A DNA stretch of 64,000 bases from Catajapyx aquilonaris (taxonomy: Eukaryota), in NCBI GenBank assembly GCA_000934665.2, contig JYFJ02001604.1, positions 1-64,000 on the forward strand. The letters run 5' to 3'. Below the pieces are notes generated by a model. It worked only from the letters and a program-made list of their open reading frames with translations, did not search any database and had not been told where the DNA came from. The first letter of the stretch is position 1, and each line of letters starts with the position of its first letter. The position numbers and the translations under genes were made by a program. Shown piece by piece: positions 26,514 to 39,765 of this stretch.

Positions 26514-26920
26514 CGAGGGCGGTTCAATAAAGACTGACACTGATTTTTTTCCATGGCTATATTACGTGAACTATTGAACAAATAGGGTTCGTGCACAATG
26601 ATCTGTCGAATAAGAGTTATTGCCCACATCGACACAGTGACATTTTGAATTGTCCTCCAGAGAGGGCAGCATTACTGACCCCCCCCCCCCTCTCGCAAAT
26701 CGCCTGCGGCAATCATGGCAGCCATCAGGGACGAGCAGTACGCGGCGCTGAAATTCTGCTTCCGCTTGAAGAAGACTGCTACGGAAGCATATCATTTGTT
26801 GCAAGAAGCATATGGAGATTATGCCATTCCCCGTCGATCCAGAAAGCAAACAGCAAAGCACAGTGTGGAAGTCTATACGAACTGTCCAACACCGAAAAAA
26901 GCAAAGGTGCAGGCTATCTA
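26514..26920 (+). pseudogene. Mariner left end and N-terminal HTH remnant
   Basis: TA|CGAGGGCGGTTCAATAAAG terminus; EQYAALKFCFRLKKTATEAYHLLQEAYGDYA matches the Mos1-type HTH; degenerate downstream. Confidence 0.85.
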
Positions 26921-27328
26921 GATGTGTTATGCCATTCAAGGGTTACCATTGCAGCCAGGAAATGTACATTCTCTCCACAAGTCCAGGTGGCTATAGTTCA
27001 GCTTTCACCAGTTCAGACATTGGTCAAGACCATGCACCGAAAGACATTCACTTTTTTCTTCAAATCCAGAAAATATTTGGCATGAGAAGAAAGCGTGCAA
27101 ATTGTGGCGAAGAAAGAATAATGCCAGACCTTTTTTCATGCCGTATATCGGCATGAAAATAAGGTACCGCTTTAATTATAAAATAAACAGCTATCGATAT
27201 GCCGCTTCTGTGCAGAAGTAGCTAATGGTTTCTGCTATAAATTTCGTACATCAGTTTTGGGGAGAATTCTTGATGTTTTTTAAAATTGCCAAATGATACT
27301 TTAAAATTAGGTAATGTAATGCATTATA

Positions 27329-27873
27329 CAAGATGATTCTCCCGAAACCGAACCCAAAGCTTCCTCAATAACTTCTTAATTATTGTACGGTTCTCAATAA
27401 AAAAATTGACATACTTACCTTGTATATGATGCCAAACAAGGTCTGCCTAAAGCATAATTATATGCCCTCCAGCATCGAAGAATTTTTGAATGCGAGTCTG
27501 CATACTGGCGTATATACAGGCGTATATGTATATACAGGGGGCGTAAGGGGAGGCGGAGTGGTGCTGCGGTAACGTATGCGCCCACGGATGTTAAGGTCCC
27601 GGGTTCGATCCCAACCCGGGGACACCCCCTTCATCTCGTGCTGAGTTCAGGGTCACCTCTGGCTTCGTCTCGGGTGGTATTTCCACAGACTAAACCACCC
27701 GGGGTAGTTCACTAAAAATGGCCACCACGTCAGATGCACTGCACTTGCACATCCCCTCCTGTCATCCTGCCCGTGGGCCCGGGCGCTTCTCAATGGCTCC
27801 AACTTGTACACTATGTACGATCAAATAATAAAGGTCCGTGCCGAACGCCGAAAGGTGAAGCACTACCCCCACA

Positions 27874-27945
<72 letters not shown>

Positions 27946-28367
27946 CAGGGGCGTGCAGAGGGGAGCGGGGCAGCCAGGTATACACCTGCCCGGCCTAGGA
28001 GAGCGGAAGCGTGTTGAGGGGGCCCCGCCAGACCTGATTTCTTCTTGTGGGGTTTAATGAAGGGCCGCACATCATAATTATACAGGATTAAGTCCAGAAC
28101 AATTCAAGCCCTCTGGCCCCGATACGGCGGGAGTTTGTTGCCAATATGATGTCACATTAGCACATATTATATATAAGCTTACGTTAATATGCATTCAAAT
28201 AATTTTGGATACTGGACGGCTGGAGGGAACCATTTTCAGCATATTCTCTTGGCAGACCTTGTTTGGCATGATACAAGGTAAGTACATGTAAATTTTAATT
28301 GAGAACCATACAATAATTAAAAAGTTATTGAGGAATGTTTGGGTTCGGTTTCGGGAGAATCACCCTG
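27329..28367. mobile_element. Tc1/mariner-type MITE family D with long TIRs, containing a SINE
   Basis: TA|CAAGATGATTCTCCCGAAACCGAACCC ... GGGTTCGGTTTCGGGAGAATCACCCTG|TA; arms ~170 bp. Confidence 0.8.
27552..27943 (+). mobile_element. tRNA-derived SINE with (ATT)n tail
   Basis: A-box-like GTGGTGCTGCGG, B-box GGTTCGATCCC, (ATT)n at 27873-27943; 3' half repeated at ~62035-62240. Confidence 0.85.
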
Positions 28368-29116
28368 TAGCCTGCAATCATTATTTATTCATCAACTAGA
28401 TTGTCCCAACAAAATAATACAAACTGGTATTGCGTAAGGAAAATACCACCAAATTCTGTTTTACCTGCATAACCGTCAACTCAGTAATTATTTACGCTAC
28501 AGTCTTTCACTTGCAGCTATTAGCAGGGCAAAATTTCCCAGGATATCCAATTAAAAGTTGGAGCAATCACAAAAGTCAACAAGTAATGTCTGGAGTAATG
28601 TAAATAGTTTAGGCCAAAACGTGGAAGTTAGTCACAGGGTAAGTCTGCTGGAAAGAAAAAAAGCTAAGGTAAAACGCGAGCGCGAAGTGATCTGAACTTG
28701 TAACTGCGCCTATTTGATTTCCGCTTTGAAGCTCCGATTGGGTCGCCGCTCTAATTTGCTTCATTTAGTACAGCAAAGCAAAAAAAAGGGGGGCGGGGGA
28801 AACGTAAAGGGAAAAACCTAAACGAAAAGATTTCTCCACCACAAAGTTTTACTTCCCTCCCACTACCCCCATTCCCCTACTTCCAATATTCCCACCGAAA
28901 TTCTCTTCAGACTCATTCAAATCAATTATAGCCATCTGACCCTATCGCTGCCGAAATAATGAGTTGCAAATACTGTGACGCTTCCTGTGCAAAAGGAATA
29001 ATAAGACGCAAAAGAAGCCTTACCATAAATATTCCACCACTCAAAACTTCCTTCCTATTCGCTAATTGTTCTCCTTTTCAAATACAGTAAGCTTATACAT
29101 GTACAGATACGTATAT

Positions 29117-31145
29117 GGGTGATTCTCCAAAAACTTACCAATACCATGTCCCGGCATAATAACTCAAAAATGGCTTGACTGAGAGAGTTGATATTTTAAA
29201 CATTTGTAGAAGCAGTTGACACCTAGCCATCCCCATGAAAACAAATAAAAATATTAAATTTAGTTTTACTGCAAAAAAATGTCTGAGGGGTTAAAATCAC
29301 TATTCTTGGCGTGTCCCGATCTCATTTTAAAGCATGCTATATTTTCTTACAATTTTATGAATAACATGAATAAGACAAGTTTCAGTACTATAATTAAATT
29401 GCACATAGTTGAAGGTATAAAACAACATTTTTAAAACGATTTATTAATTTCACGTGACCTTGCTGCATCACTCCAAAGTGTGTCCCGAGTTTTCATTTTA
29501 GTCTCCTGGATCAGGATATTATTTTAAAATTTGCAGTGAAACAAAGGGATTTTTTACTTAGTTATTTGGCAACACTGCTTCTCCATGACACCTTGACTTA
29601 ACTGCAGATTGATGTGGAAGGGGTACGTCTTCTAGTGGGTTAAAAAAATTAAGGCGTTTAAAATTCAGTTATGTGGCACATTCTGCACTCCCACTCCTGG
29701 CTCATTTTTCTATGTCACAAAATAGCTTAAATGTTTTGAAATAACTGTGATTTCATAGCATGAAGGGTCTTCTTGTGCCCACCGAAATCTCCATAGACAA
29801 CGTTTGTTCTGGACCGTGATATTAATCCTAAAGCATAAAAAGGCCATTCTTCTGGCTCACAAACTCCTGGAAATCAAAAGTTCCCACTCCTGGCTCATTT
29901 TTCTATGTCACAAAATAGCTTAAATGTTTTGAAATAACTGTGATTCCATGGCATGAAGGGTCTTCTTGTGCCCACCGAAATCTCCATAGACAACGTTTGT
30001 TCTGGACCGCGATATTAATCCTAATGCATAAAAAGGCCATTCTTCTGGCTCACAAACTCCCGGAAATCAAAAGTTCTCACTCCTGGCTCATTTTTCTATG
30101 TCACAAAATAGCTTAAATGTTTTGAAATAACTGTGATTCCATGGCATGACGGGTCTTCTTGTGCCCACCGAAATCTCCATAGACAACGTTTGTTCTGGAC
30201 CGCGATATTAATCCTAAAGCATAAAAAGGCCATTCTTCTGGCTCCCAAACTCCAGGACATAAAAAGTTCACACTCCTGGCTCATTTTTCTATGTCACAAA
30301 ATAGCTTAAATGTTTTGAAATAACTGTGATTCCATAGCATCTCCATAGTCACTCTCCTGGTGGCTAACAGGATCCCTGCCAGGATTTTACAGTTAACCGC
30401 AATAATTTTTATTGGAAGTTGTTCCTCATAATATTAGATCAAAAAGTGAAACTCAATTTTTAAATATCTGTCCCCCAAGTAGTGAACATCTGGGCTGAAA
30501 AGTAGAAAGTTTCCAATTTATTGTACTTGAAATGGCAACAGTAGGCATTAAAAAGCTTCCGGAATTTTAATATTAATTTTTCAGACGCTAGTGGCTGATG
30601 TCTAATATTTTGAGTCGCATATTGTTCACAAAAAGTATTATTTAATAAAAATAAATGCTACTTGCACAATGTGGCAACACTGCAAATAGAACATTACACT
30701 GTTGCGCGCAGTTTAAATTTTAACAAAATTATCGTTCTTGAACAAGATGCGACTCAACTCAACTAGTGTCTGAAAAATTAATATTAAAATTCCGTCAGCT
30801 TTTTAGTCCCTACGTGGTCATTTCAAGTGCAACAATATTCCAAATTCTCGACTTTTGAGCCCAGGTTTTCACTACTTTGGGGACAGATATTTAAAAACTG
30901 AGTTTCACTTTTTGATATAATATTGATATTGTGAGGAACAACTTCCAATAAAAATAATTTTGGTTAACTGCAAAATCAATTTCGGAAGGTTTCCCCCATT
31001 TTAGAATATCAGAATTAGTTCTCCATATTTTTCCCTGATTTGTGACCTCATATAGAGTAAGTGAGAATTTTTCCAGATTTTTAAAACAAGTTTTGAAATT
31101 CATTAATTTTTGCTTTGAAAATGGTAAGTTTTTGGAGAATCACCC
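29117..31145. mobile_element. Non-autonomous DNA transposon family C, full-length copy
   Basis: 24-bp TIR GGGTGATTCTCCAAAAACTTACCA; flanks ATAT/ATAT (4-bp or TA TSD, ambiguous); partial copies at 9720-14330 and 53424-54840. Confidence 0.8.
29692..30345. repeat. 193-bp tandem repeat (~3.4 copies) inside the family C element
   Basis: CACTCCTGGCTCATTTTTCTATGTCAC starts at 29692, 29885, 30078 and 30271. Confidence 0.95.
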
Positions 31146-31986
31146 ATATATTATCTCCTATGGTTTCCGAAAATGCCTTTCTCTCACACACGTTACATCA
31201 CGCACTTATGTACACGTAATAGTTAATATGCATCTAAACTCTCCCAATATTTAGCAAATTACACGGGATTTTCAATATTAGTCCGCAATAGCCTAGAGAT
31301 GAAAATAATTCTTCGCTCTCAATTAGCCAGCACTAAACTATCGGAGCTTGGTTTGGAAGTTCATGGGTGTAGATATTGTAATGTCCTGGCAACAGGGCCA
31401 TTGATTGTTGCCTGGAAACTGGGGCTGTTAAGTGTTAATGTTGTTTTGGTGTCCATGAGAGTTTGTTTGGAATGTGGTGTTCTTGACCGGCCGTTCTCCT
31501 GAACGGATCAGTTGTAAGCTTATCTGTTTTTCTGAATACGAGTCCACAGTGGTTCTTTTACCTTCCCCGGTGTGTTTCTTGGATTATTACGTGGCGCCTC
31601 TTACTACTCGAACGTGGGACACTACAATATTGAATTTCATGTAGTCGTCGTCGTCGGCGGTGGTGTCGGTTTCTCCACATTTCTAATCCATTTCTTTTTT
31701 GACTTTATATTTGGTCAACGGCTACGTGCGTGCAGGAAATTTCACGGAAAGAAAAATCATAAATACTGTATATTTGTACATTCGACTATAATTACTGCAA
31801 AATTATTGCAGAAGGAGGATTAAAAATCAATTAAGCTTTTTATATACACTGCCGCCAATATTGGTTGCAGTGAATGTTAGCCTTGACAGTATAATCATAC
31901 TTTATACTTTTACATTTCTGGCAAGTCAGTATACTACTACATACAACTTATGAATACCGTTATATCAGGGAGCATATACTACGTAA

Positions 31987-32307
31987 GAGGCGCAATCTTC
32001 TGTCGGCGCCTTTGATGTTCGCGTCTCTCTGTTTGGGGCGTTGCCAAGGCTGGCGGCCATTTTGAAGTGTGTGGAACGCCAACGAGGTATAAATAGGCAA
32101 AAATAGGGTCAGTCATCTTTGATGATTGTGGCGGCTATGGCAACTACATGGCAAGAAAGGCAAGAACACGCGCGAATCAAAGATGGCAGACCCTATTTTT
32201 GCCTGTACCCTATTTATACCTCGTTGGCGTTCCACACACTTCAAAATGGCCGCCAGCCTTGGCAACGCCCCAAACAGAGAGATACAAAAATCGAATGTTT
32301 GCGCCTC
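31987..32307. mobile_element. Palindromic PIF/Harbinger-like MITE
   Basis: TAA|GAGGCGCAA ... TTGCGCCTC|TTA; ~100-bp near-perfect internal inverted arms. Confidence 0.65.
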
Positions 32308-33370
32308 TTATGTTGCTCCCTGGTTATATTGCTTCTTTGTGTTGACGAGAATAATGAAAGGTAGTAAAACGTCGTCCTAAGGGCCAATAAATAAATAATG
32401 ATCACAAATTATTGACAGAAGACACAAAATGCAAGAGCAAAGAGGAAGTTCCAAAGACTTTTATGTGCGTAAGTAGAAATAAGAATCCTCCATTTTCTGA
32501 CACATAATTAAAGCATTTTTGTTGGTGGTTTGCTTTTGGAATCTAAGGACTATCAAAGCCTGTTGAAGATTTTGATGCGTTAGGCTAGCATGCCACTACT
32601 CTAACCTCAGATATTTTTTGGGCTCTGTAAAGCCTTGTTTCCACCAGCATCATTTTTGAGCACAAAATGAAAAGCACAAAAATAGAGCACAAAATCAAAC
32701 AAACTTAATTATTATTACTTTGTTATTAATCGCCTAGCAACAGAAAATATTGCATTTTGTCCAGAACAAAAATTATGCCGGTGGAAACAATACCGTAAGG
32801 TTCCACGAAAGGGCCGAGAATGGCGGGGGGCCAAGCCACGCCCACTAGTCTACATGACTTTGTTTACCTTCACGCTCACTGCGGGGCCCCCTTTACGCGC
32901 CTATTCGAAAAGAGGCCCCTGCGGAGGTGATGGGGTACGCTGTTCCAACCTAACCTAACCTAACCTTCCTCCCTTGCGGATACAGCCTATCTTCAGCGTA
33001 TACAGGCCTATCTTTCAGCAGATACACGCCCACGCCCTACACGCCTATTATTATATACCGTTATAGCATAGCAGCTATTGCAAAGTAGCATTCGAAGGGA
33101 GCATTCGAACCCGCGCTGCTTCGATTTAATGATTCTGATAATTATAAATAATTTAATAATAATTCCACAATATATGATGTCACATAATATTTCGGGTATT
33201 ATTTATGATAATTTTATTATTATTGAAGCAACAGGAACCAAGCGCGGTCAGATTATGCTCAATCGGGGCCCCACTTCCGTGAGATAAACGGAACTCCATG
33301 TGGGCCACTCATTCGCTGTAGGATAATCGCTCGAAACAATAAGGCTTACTAATACTAATACAGTACTAAT

Positions 33371-33545
33371 AGCATAGTGGATAGGGCGTCCGACTGCTAA
33401 TCGGGAGGTCCTGGGTTCGAATCCCGGGTCCGGCAACCCTGACCGTTGGTTTTCTGTGGTTTTCCACGGTCTTCCTAGGATAATTCCGGGGTTGCTTCCA
33501 TATAATAGGCCACAGCCGCTTCCTTCCTTCCTTCCCTATCCTTGG
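33371..33545 (+). mobile_element. tRNA-derived SINE
   Basis: AGCATAGTGG (A-box) ... GGTTCGAATCCC (B-box); same family as 54336. Confidence 0.8.
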
Positions 33546-34636
33546 AGGTTGAAAGGCAATGCTGGGCCAACCTCCTTAATATCAATAATAAAGAACTAAT
33601 ACTAATAAATTCCATTAATAGAAATAAGCCATAAAATAAAACCACGAAAAGTAATGGTAACTGGTGTATACAGTAAAATAATACACAGGTTTTTCCAGAT
33701 TCGTCGGTCACTTTTTGATAACTGATATCGCCCGATAGCAGTTATTTTTTGTAGCTTGTTGTGCCCTAACCATGTGGCACATTCTATAACTATTGCTATA
33801 TTCGACGCACTGGGAGTCGAATATACTGTAGCAGGGTGGTTCCATTTCAGATCAGGCCAGATCCAGAAAAGTTGTCAGGGCTTGGTCTCCGATTATTACG
33901 GATAAATTACACGAAGTACCGCTGTCGAAATGATGAAAATGACACTGGCTATTTTTCAGTGTCATTTTTTATTTGCCCTGAAAAAATTCATAACCGCAGG
34001 GGTACCAAATCTGATATTTCTCGAGGTTCATTTTTTCTCAACTTTGGACGCGTGTACCAATTTTCCTGTAAGTTACACAAAAGCCAAATTTGGAATGGAG
34101 CAACTGCCTACGTAGGTCTGAATTTTCGATATAAAATAATTGCGAATCTATAACATTAGCAACCGCGAAAAAAATTGGCAAAAATGCTGTTTTACGACAT
34201 TTTAGCAGATTTCGCGAAATTTTTTCATTTGCAAATTTTTTTGTGGGCAAATGAAACATATAGACTTTCAATACAACTCCTCCCCTCTCTATTTATCAGC
34301 TTTGTTAAGCTTTGAAGTCAAAGGTTAACAGAGGAGTCATTGTTGAACATTGTTAACTTCGCAAACCATGGTTTGGAAGAAAATAATTTTATCAAAAACA
34401 CCACGAGATAATTGAACGCCTATTTATTTCTGGGCAGAGGAACATCTGAGCCACACACCCTTGCAAAAATATTTTTCCCCCCAGAGGTATTTGAATTTTA
34501 TTACTTACTCGTTTCCCGGCGCTTGGAGCCCACTGACTCATGGCCAGATGGCCAAGACTCATATTGCCAAGGTTGAACACCTGCGCAGAGTAGTTCGTCA
34601 TGGGACATCTTTTAGCACTGGTAGGTAGTAAACAAG

Positions 34637-36772
34637 TAGTCCAGGTGCTAAGGGACAAATTTGACCCAAACTTCGCATTTTGTGACAAAAGTATGAAACT
34701 CGGTACACTTGTCCTATGGACACTTCTGATCATATCTGGACGTGGAGCCACGATGACCCACCCCGGTGGTGGTCCATTTCGCAGGGTTTCCATAACTACA
34801 AGATGCAGCATCCTTTTAGGACCTTGTATTGGGTGACAAAAACATGAAACTCGCCACAATTGGTCTTTGGACACTTCTGAACATGTCTGGATGTGGGGCC
34901 ATGATGACTGACCCCGCTGTGGGTCACTGGCAGGGTTACCAGATCTAACGGACCAAACATACATCTCTGCGAAGATCATGTGAATTGGGAGCTTGCATTC
35001 GGTGATAAAAGCGTGAAACGCGGTACGGTAGTTCTTCGAACACATCTCAACATATCTGGACGTGAGGGCACGGTGGGTGACCCCTGGTGGCCTCGCCAGG
35101 GGTCACTATCGCGGAGTTGCCAAATCGAACATGTGTTGCACACCTTTACATGAAAAAGGGCCTTGCATTCGGTGATAAAACACTGCTAAAACATGAAACT
35201 CGCCCCAATTGGTCTTTGGACACTACTGAACATATCTGTAAGAGAGCCCACTATGGATGACCCCGCTGGGGTCACTCGCAGGGTTGCCAGATCTAATGGG
35301 CTCTCTAAGTAAACTATGTGAATAGGGAGCTTGCATTCGGTGACGAAGACGTGAAACTCGGTACAATATAGTTCTTTGCACACTTCCGAACATATCTGGA
35401 CGTGGGGACACGATGACCCACCCCGGTGGAGGGCACTATCATGGTGTTGCCAAATCTAACAGACTGTGCAGCATGCGTTTATATTTTGATACGGAGCTTG
35501 CATTTGGTGACAAAGACGTGACACTTGGTAGAATTGTTCTTTGGACACTTCCGAACATATCTGGACGTGGAGCCACGATGACCCACCCCGAGGTTGGGCA
35601 CTATCGCAGGGTTTCCATATGCAACATGTGCTTATATTTAAATAATGAGCGTGCATTCGGTGGGTCATCGTGGCTCCACGTCCAGATATGTTCGGAAGTG
35701 TCCAAAGAACTAACGTACCAAGGTTTATGGCTTTGTCACCGAATGCAAGCTCCCTATTCATATGGAGAATTCCTAGGTTGGCCCGACTATATACGGCAAC
35801 GCCGCGATAGTGCCCTCCCTCGGGGTGGGTCATCGTGGCTCCACGTCCAGATATGTTCGGACGTGTCCAAAGAACAATTCTACCAAGTTTCACGTCTTTG
35901 TCACCAAATGCAAGCTCCCTAACAAAATATAAACGCATGTTGCACAGTCTGTTAGATTTGGCAACACCATGATAGTGCCCTCCACCGGGGTGGGTCATCG
36001 TGTCCCCACGTCCAGATATGTTCGGAAGTGTGCAAAGAACTATATTGTACCGAGTTTCACGTCTTCGTCACCGAATGCAAGCTCCCTATTCACATAGTTT
36101 ACTTAGAGAGACCATTAGATCTGGCAACCCTGCGAGTGACCCCCAGCGGGGTCATCCATAGTGGCCTCACTTACAGACATGTTCAGTATTGTCCGAAGAC
36201 CAATTGGGGCGAGTTTCATGTTTTATCAGTGTTTTATCACCGAATGCAAGGCCCTTATTCATGTAAAGGTGTGCAACACATGTTCGATTTGGCAACTCCG
36301 CGATAGTGACCCCTGGCGAGGCCACCAGGGGTCACCCACCGTGACCCCACGTCCAGATATGTTGAGATGTGTTCGAAGAACTACCGTACCGCGTTTCACG
36401 TTTCTATAACCGAATGAATGCAAGCTCCCAATTCACATGATCCTCGCAGAGATGTGGTATGTTTGGTCCGTTAGATCTGGCAACCCTGCAAGTGACCCAC
36501 AGCGTGGTCAGTCATCATGGCCCCACATCCAGACATGTTCAGAAGTGTCCAAAGACCAATTGTGGCGAGTTTCATGTTTTTGTCACCCAATACAAGGTCC
36601 TAAAAGGATGCTGCATCTGGTAGTTATGGAAACCCTGCGAAATGGACCTCCACCGGGGTGGGTCATCGTGGCTCCACGTCCAGATATGATCAGAAGTGTC
36701 CAAAGGACAAGTGTATCGAGTTTCATACTTTTGTCACAAAATGCAAAGTTCAACCCCTTAGTACCCGGACTA
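34637..36772. mobile_element. Academ-like foldback element built of ~150-180-bp modules in palindromic arrangement
   Basis: TAGTCC...GGACTA termini; 3-bp TSD AAG (34634-34636 / 36773-36775); module GCATTYGGTGACAAA..TGAAACTCG..GGACACTTCCGAACATATCTGGACGTGG..CACGATGACCCACCCC repeated ~6x on + and ~7x on -. Confidence 0.8.
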
Positions 36773-36987
36773 AAGCGACTCATTGGAGCTCCAGTGTCAG
36801 TCCTGAGAAAAGTAGCTTGCTGCTCAGTTTTGCAATTGTGGATCTCGTGCAGTGTCACACACATTGTAGTATGGAGGCAAGTAAGATTTGGAGTGATGGG
36901 CGTGTCAGGTGTGCGGACTACGGCAAGCGCCACAAGAAGATCATCTTCCAAAAAGCTCATCATGTATTCAGGGCAGTTGGGGATTTA

Positions 36988-37815
36988 GGGGCGGATTCTC
37001 GTGGACTTTACGGGAGGCCCGCAAGTCTCAAACGCCCGTATCGCCCCGGCAACTAAAAAAAACTCCCGAAGTGGAATTCTCGTGTCGCGCTCCCGCAAGG
37101 GCTGTGGGAAGGAAAGGCCCGCAAAGATACGGGTGGGTGGCAGCACCTGTAAGTGTGCCTGTAAGTCCTGTAAGTCACCTGTCGCTCTCAAAAATGGCCG
37201 CTTCCCCGACAGCAGCTGTGTGTCCGTAAGGCGGGGATCGAACACGGATAAACACGGCCCAGGGGCCCTTCCACGAGTCCTGGAGTGTCTTCCATGCGAG
37301 CCACAATTGCCTCTTTTTCACGGTCATCCCAGTTCGGCCGGCGAGGGGTGCGGGCGGAACCCGGGGCAGACTTCTTTCCCGGCATCGTCTTCGATCTCAC
37401 CTTGCTAGCAGCAGACCAAAGCGCAGCAGACACTCCAGATTCGAATGTCCCAGATTCGAATAAGGTCATTGACCTTAGACTCGGTTGCCTACTGCACACT
37501 CTCGCGACGTTTGCCCGAACTGAATTCTCGCTGTTCTTTTCTCAATAGCGTTTAATCCCGTCGCTGTCCATTGTGCGGCGGTGGGAATGCACCCTTTTCT
37601 CCTCTGCCATTGGCTCATGTCCGTTTCCGGTGGGCGGAGCTACAAGAACCCCCGTATCTCCCCCCTACTTTCAATTCTTTCTTGTAAGGACTTACAGGGT
37701 ACCACATTTATTCCACTTTTTCGGGGTCCCGCATCCGTCGCCATCTTGGACGGACTTGCGGGCCCGCATCTCCTGCGGGCCCGCAGACTTACAGGAGTCC
37801 ACGAGAATCCGCCCC
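36988..37815. mobile_element. PIF/Harbinger non-autonomous element (828 bp)
   Basis: TTA|GGGGCGGATTCTCGTGGACT ... AGTCCACGAGAATCCGCCCC|TTA; subterminal GGCCCGCA and CTGTAAGT repeats. Confidence 0.9.
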
Positions 37816-39765
37816 TTAACAGGCAAACTGAAAAAACTTGGGTCCATTGATGCGGATAGTGATGATCGTCTGTGCTATAAGTGCTTCGCGTATTACGAGA
37901 AACTCACGGCAAATGTTTCAAGTGAAGACGAAGAACCATGTGCAAGTACCTCCTCACCAGACCAGACTTTCATACCTGAGCTCACCCCGGGGGAATGTGT
38001 TGCCCGTGTTAATGAAAGCGTGCGGGAATTATCGGCGACAGATATGTCACCTTTGAAGACACCCAGCAGAATTAATCGTGACAGGAGGAAGGCGTATGCA
38101 GAAAGGAAAAGCGAACAACTTAGAATAGGTTCCAAGAAGCGAATCCGAGAGTTATACAACGTGTCAAGCGATTCTAGTGCCAATGATAGTGATGTGAAGT
38201 GCGGAGAGTGCGAATTGTGGCAGGAAAATGTGAAGTATGCAGTTGCGAACGGCCGAACAACTAGTGAAAAAATTAGGCTGTTAACACTTGTCCCAAATAC
38301 CTTGCCGAGGGACACCATCATGAGAACCTTTAATGTCACAAAGTACATGGTGGACAAGTCCAAGAAGATGGCATTGCAAAGGGGTGTATGGGCTCCATCT
38401 GATCCTTATCTGGGCCATAGTGTGAGTGATGAGGTCATCAAAAAAGCATGCCACAGACTACTTTCTGGAAGATCACATGGACTGCAGTAGGCAGAGTCCA
38501 AATAAGAACTTAGATGTTATCAGTGTCATGGAGAACGGGGAAAAGACGCAAAAAATAAAACGATATAATTATGACAAGGTCGATTCAAGAGACATACAAA
38601 CTTTTCAAGAAGCAGAACCCAGGTATTCAGCTGGGACATTCCAAGTTTTACAGTCTCCTGCCAAAATGGGTCAAGTACCACCCTGAAAGGAATGTGTGTG
38701 TGTGTGCGTGTACTGTGCCAATCTGAAATTGTGCTGTGCCGCACTCAGCAAGCTAGTGACATCTGCAGTGACCAACTCTGACCTGTTCCATCTCTGCCTC
38801 TGCCCATGTCCGACTGAGGAATGTTGGAACATGGAATGTGTTGAGTGTCCAGGAACTGAAGGACTATCTACAGAAAGCTTGTTCCTGACAGCCTATGACG
38901 ACGAAGAAGTGTCATTTGCAGTGTGGGGGCATAATGACCTAATCAAGAGAACATCATCAGTTGCTTCTTTTGTAGACAATGAACTTGTCCACTGGACTAC
39001 GAAAGTAATAACTCACGAACATGTACGAACGATTCAGCGAGAGGCAGTGCAATATAGTGACTCGCCCCTAGTATTACATTTCGATTTTGCTGAAAATTGG
39101 ACTGTAATACTTCCCGACGAAATTCAGAGCTACCACTGGGCGAAGACGCAGATCACAGTGTTCACCTGCGTGGCATACTGGGGTGACAACGTGAGGAGTG
39201 TCGCTGTTGTCAGTGACGATACGTCGCATGACTCGGCTCATGCTATTCTAGGATTTCTAGCGAGAATGAAAGTTGAAGAATCGATCATTGGGCAGAATAT
39301 TAGTCGAGTTTCCTACGTGTCCGATGGTGCACCCAGTCATTTTAAAAACATATACCAAAAATATGAACTTGAGCAAAGTGAAATTCCTGAGAGGGAATGG
39401 GTCTTCACAGCTGCCGGGCATGGGAAAGGACCCTGCGATGGAGTAGGAGGCCTAGTGAAGCATAAGGCCGGCCGCAAATCTTGCAATGAAGGTGCGACGT
39501 TGCAGCAACATGTTGCATCGAGACAGGATGCGCGCGCAGCTTCATTGCGATGCTACGTCACATCGCATGGCCAACGCAAATCATCCAATATCGGGAGCAA
39601 TGGATGGCAAAAAGGCGGCAGAGTTGAAACAGGTGCCTGTGACGGCCAAAAGGGGGCAGACTTGAACTGCATGCAGTTCAAGTCTGCCCCCTTTTGGCCT
39701 TTGCCTATTGTCAGCTGGGCAGACCTTGCTCCTGTCGCGATCGCGACCGGTCTGGAAGAAAGAAC

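Noticed and set aside
27734..28070. Poly-L / poly-I / poly-Y ORFs
   Set aside because: These are translations of the (ATT)n SINE tail.
32947..32965. (CCTAA)n insect telomeric repeat
   Set aside because: Only ~4 units, interstitial and within repeat-like DNA; not a telomere.
34637..34654. Outward-facing piggyBac-like ends (..TAAGGG / CCCTTA..) flanking the foldback
   Set aside because: They are the foldback's own terminal boxes (TAGT...ACTA with AAG TSD); there is no TTAA target.
34669..36750. Regularly spaced conserved ~35-bp motifs resembling a CRISPR array
   Set aside because: The intervening sequences are homologous to each other rather than unique spacers, the array is mirrored, it is bounded by TIRs and a TSD, and there are no cas genes in this eukaryotic context.
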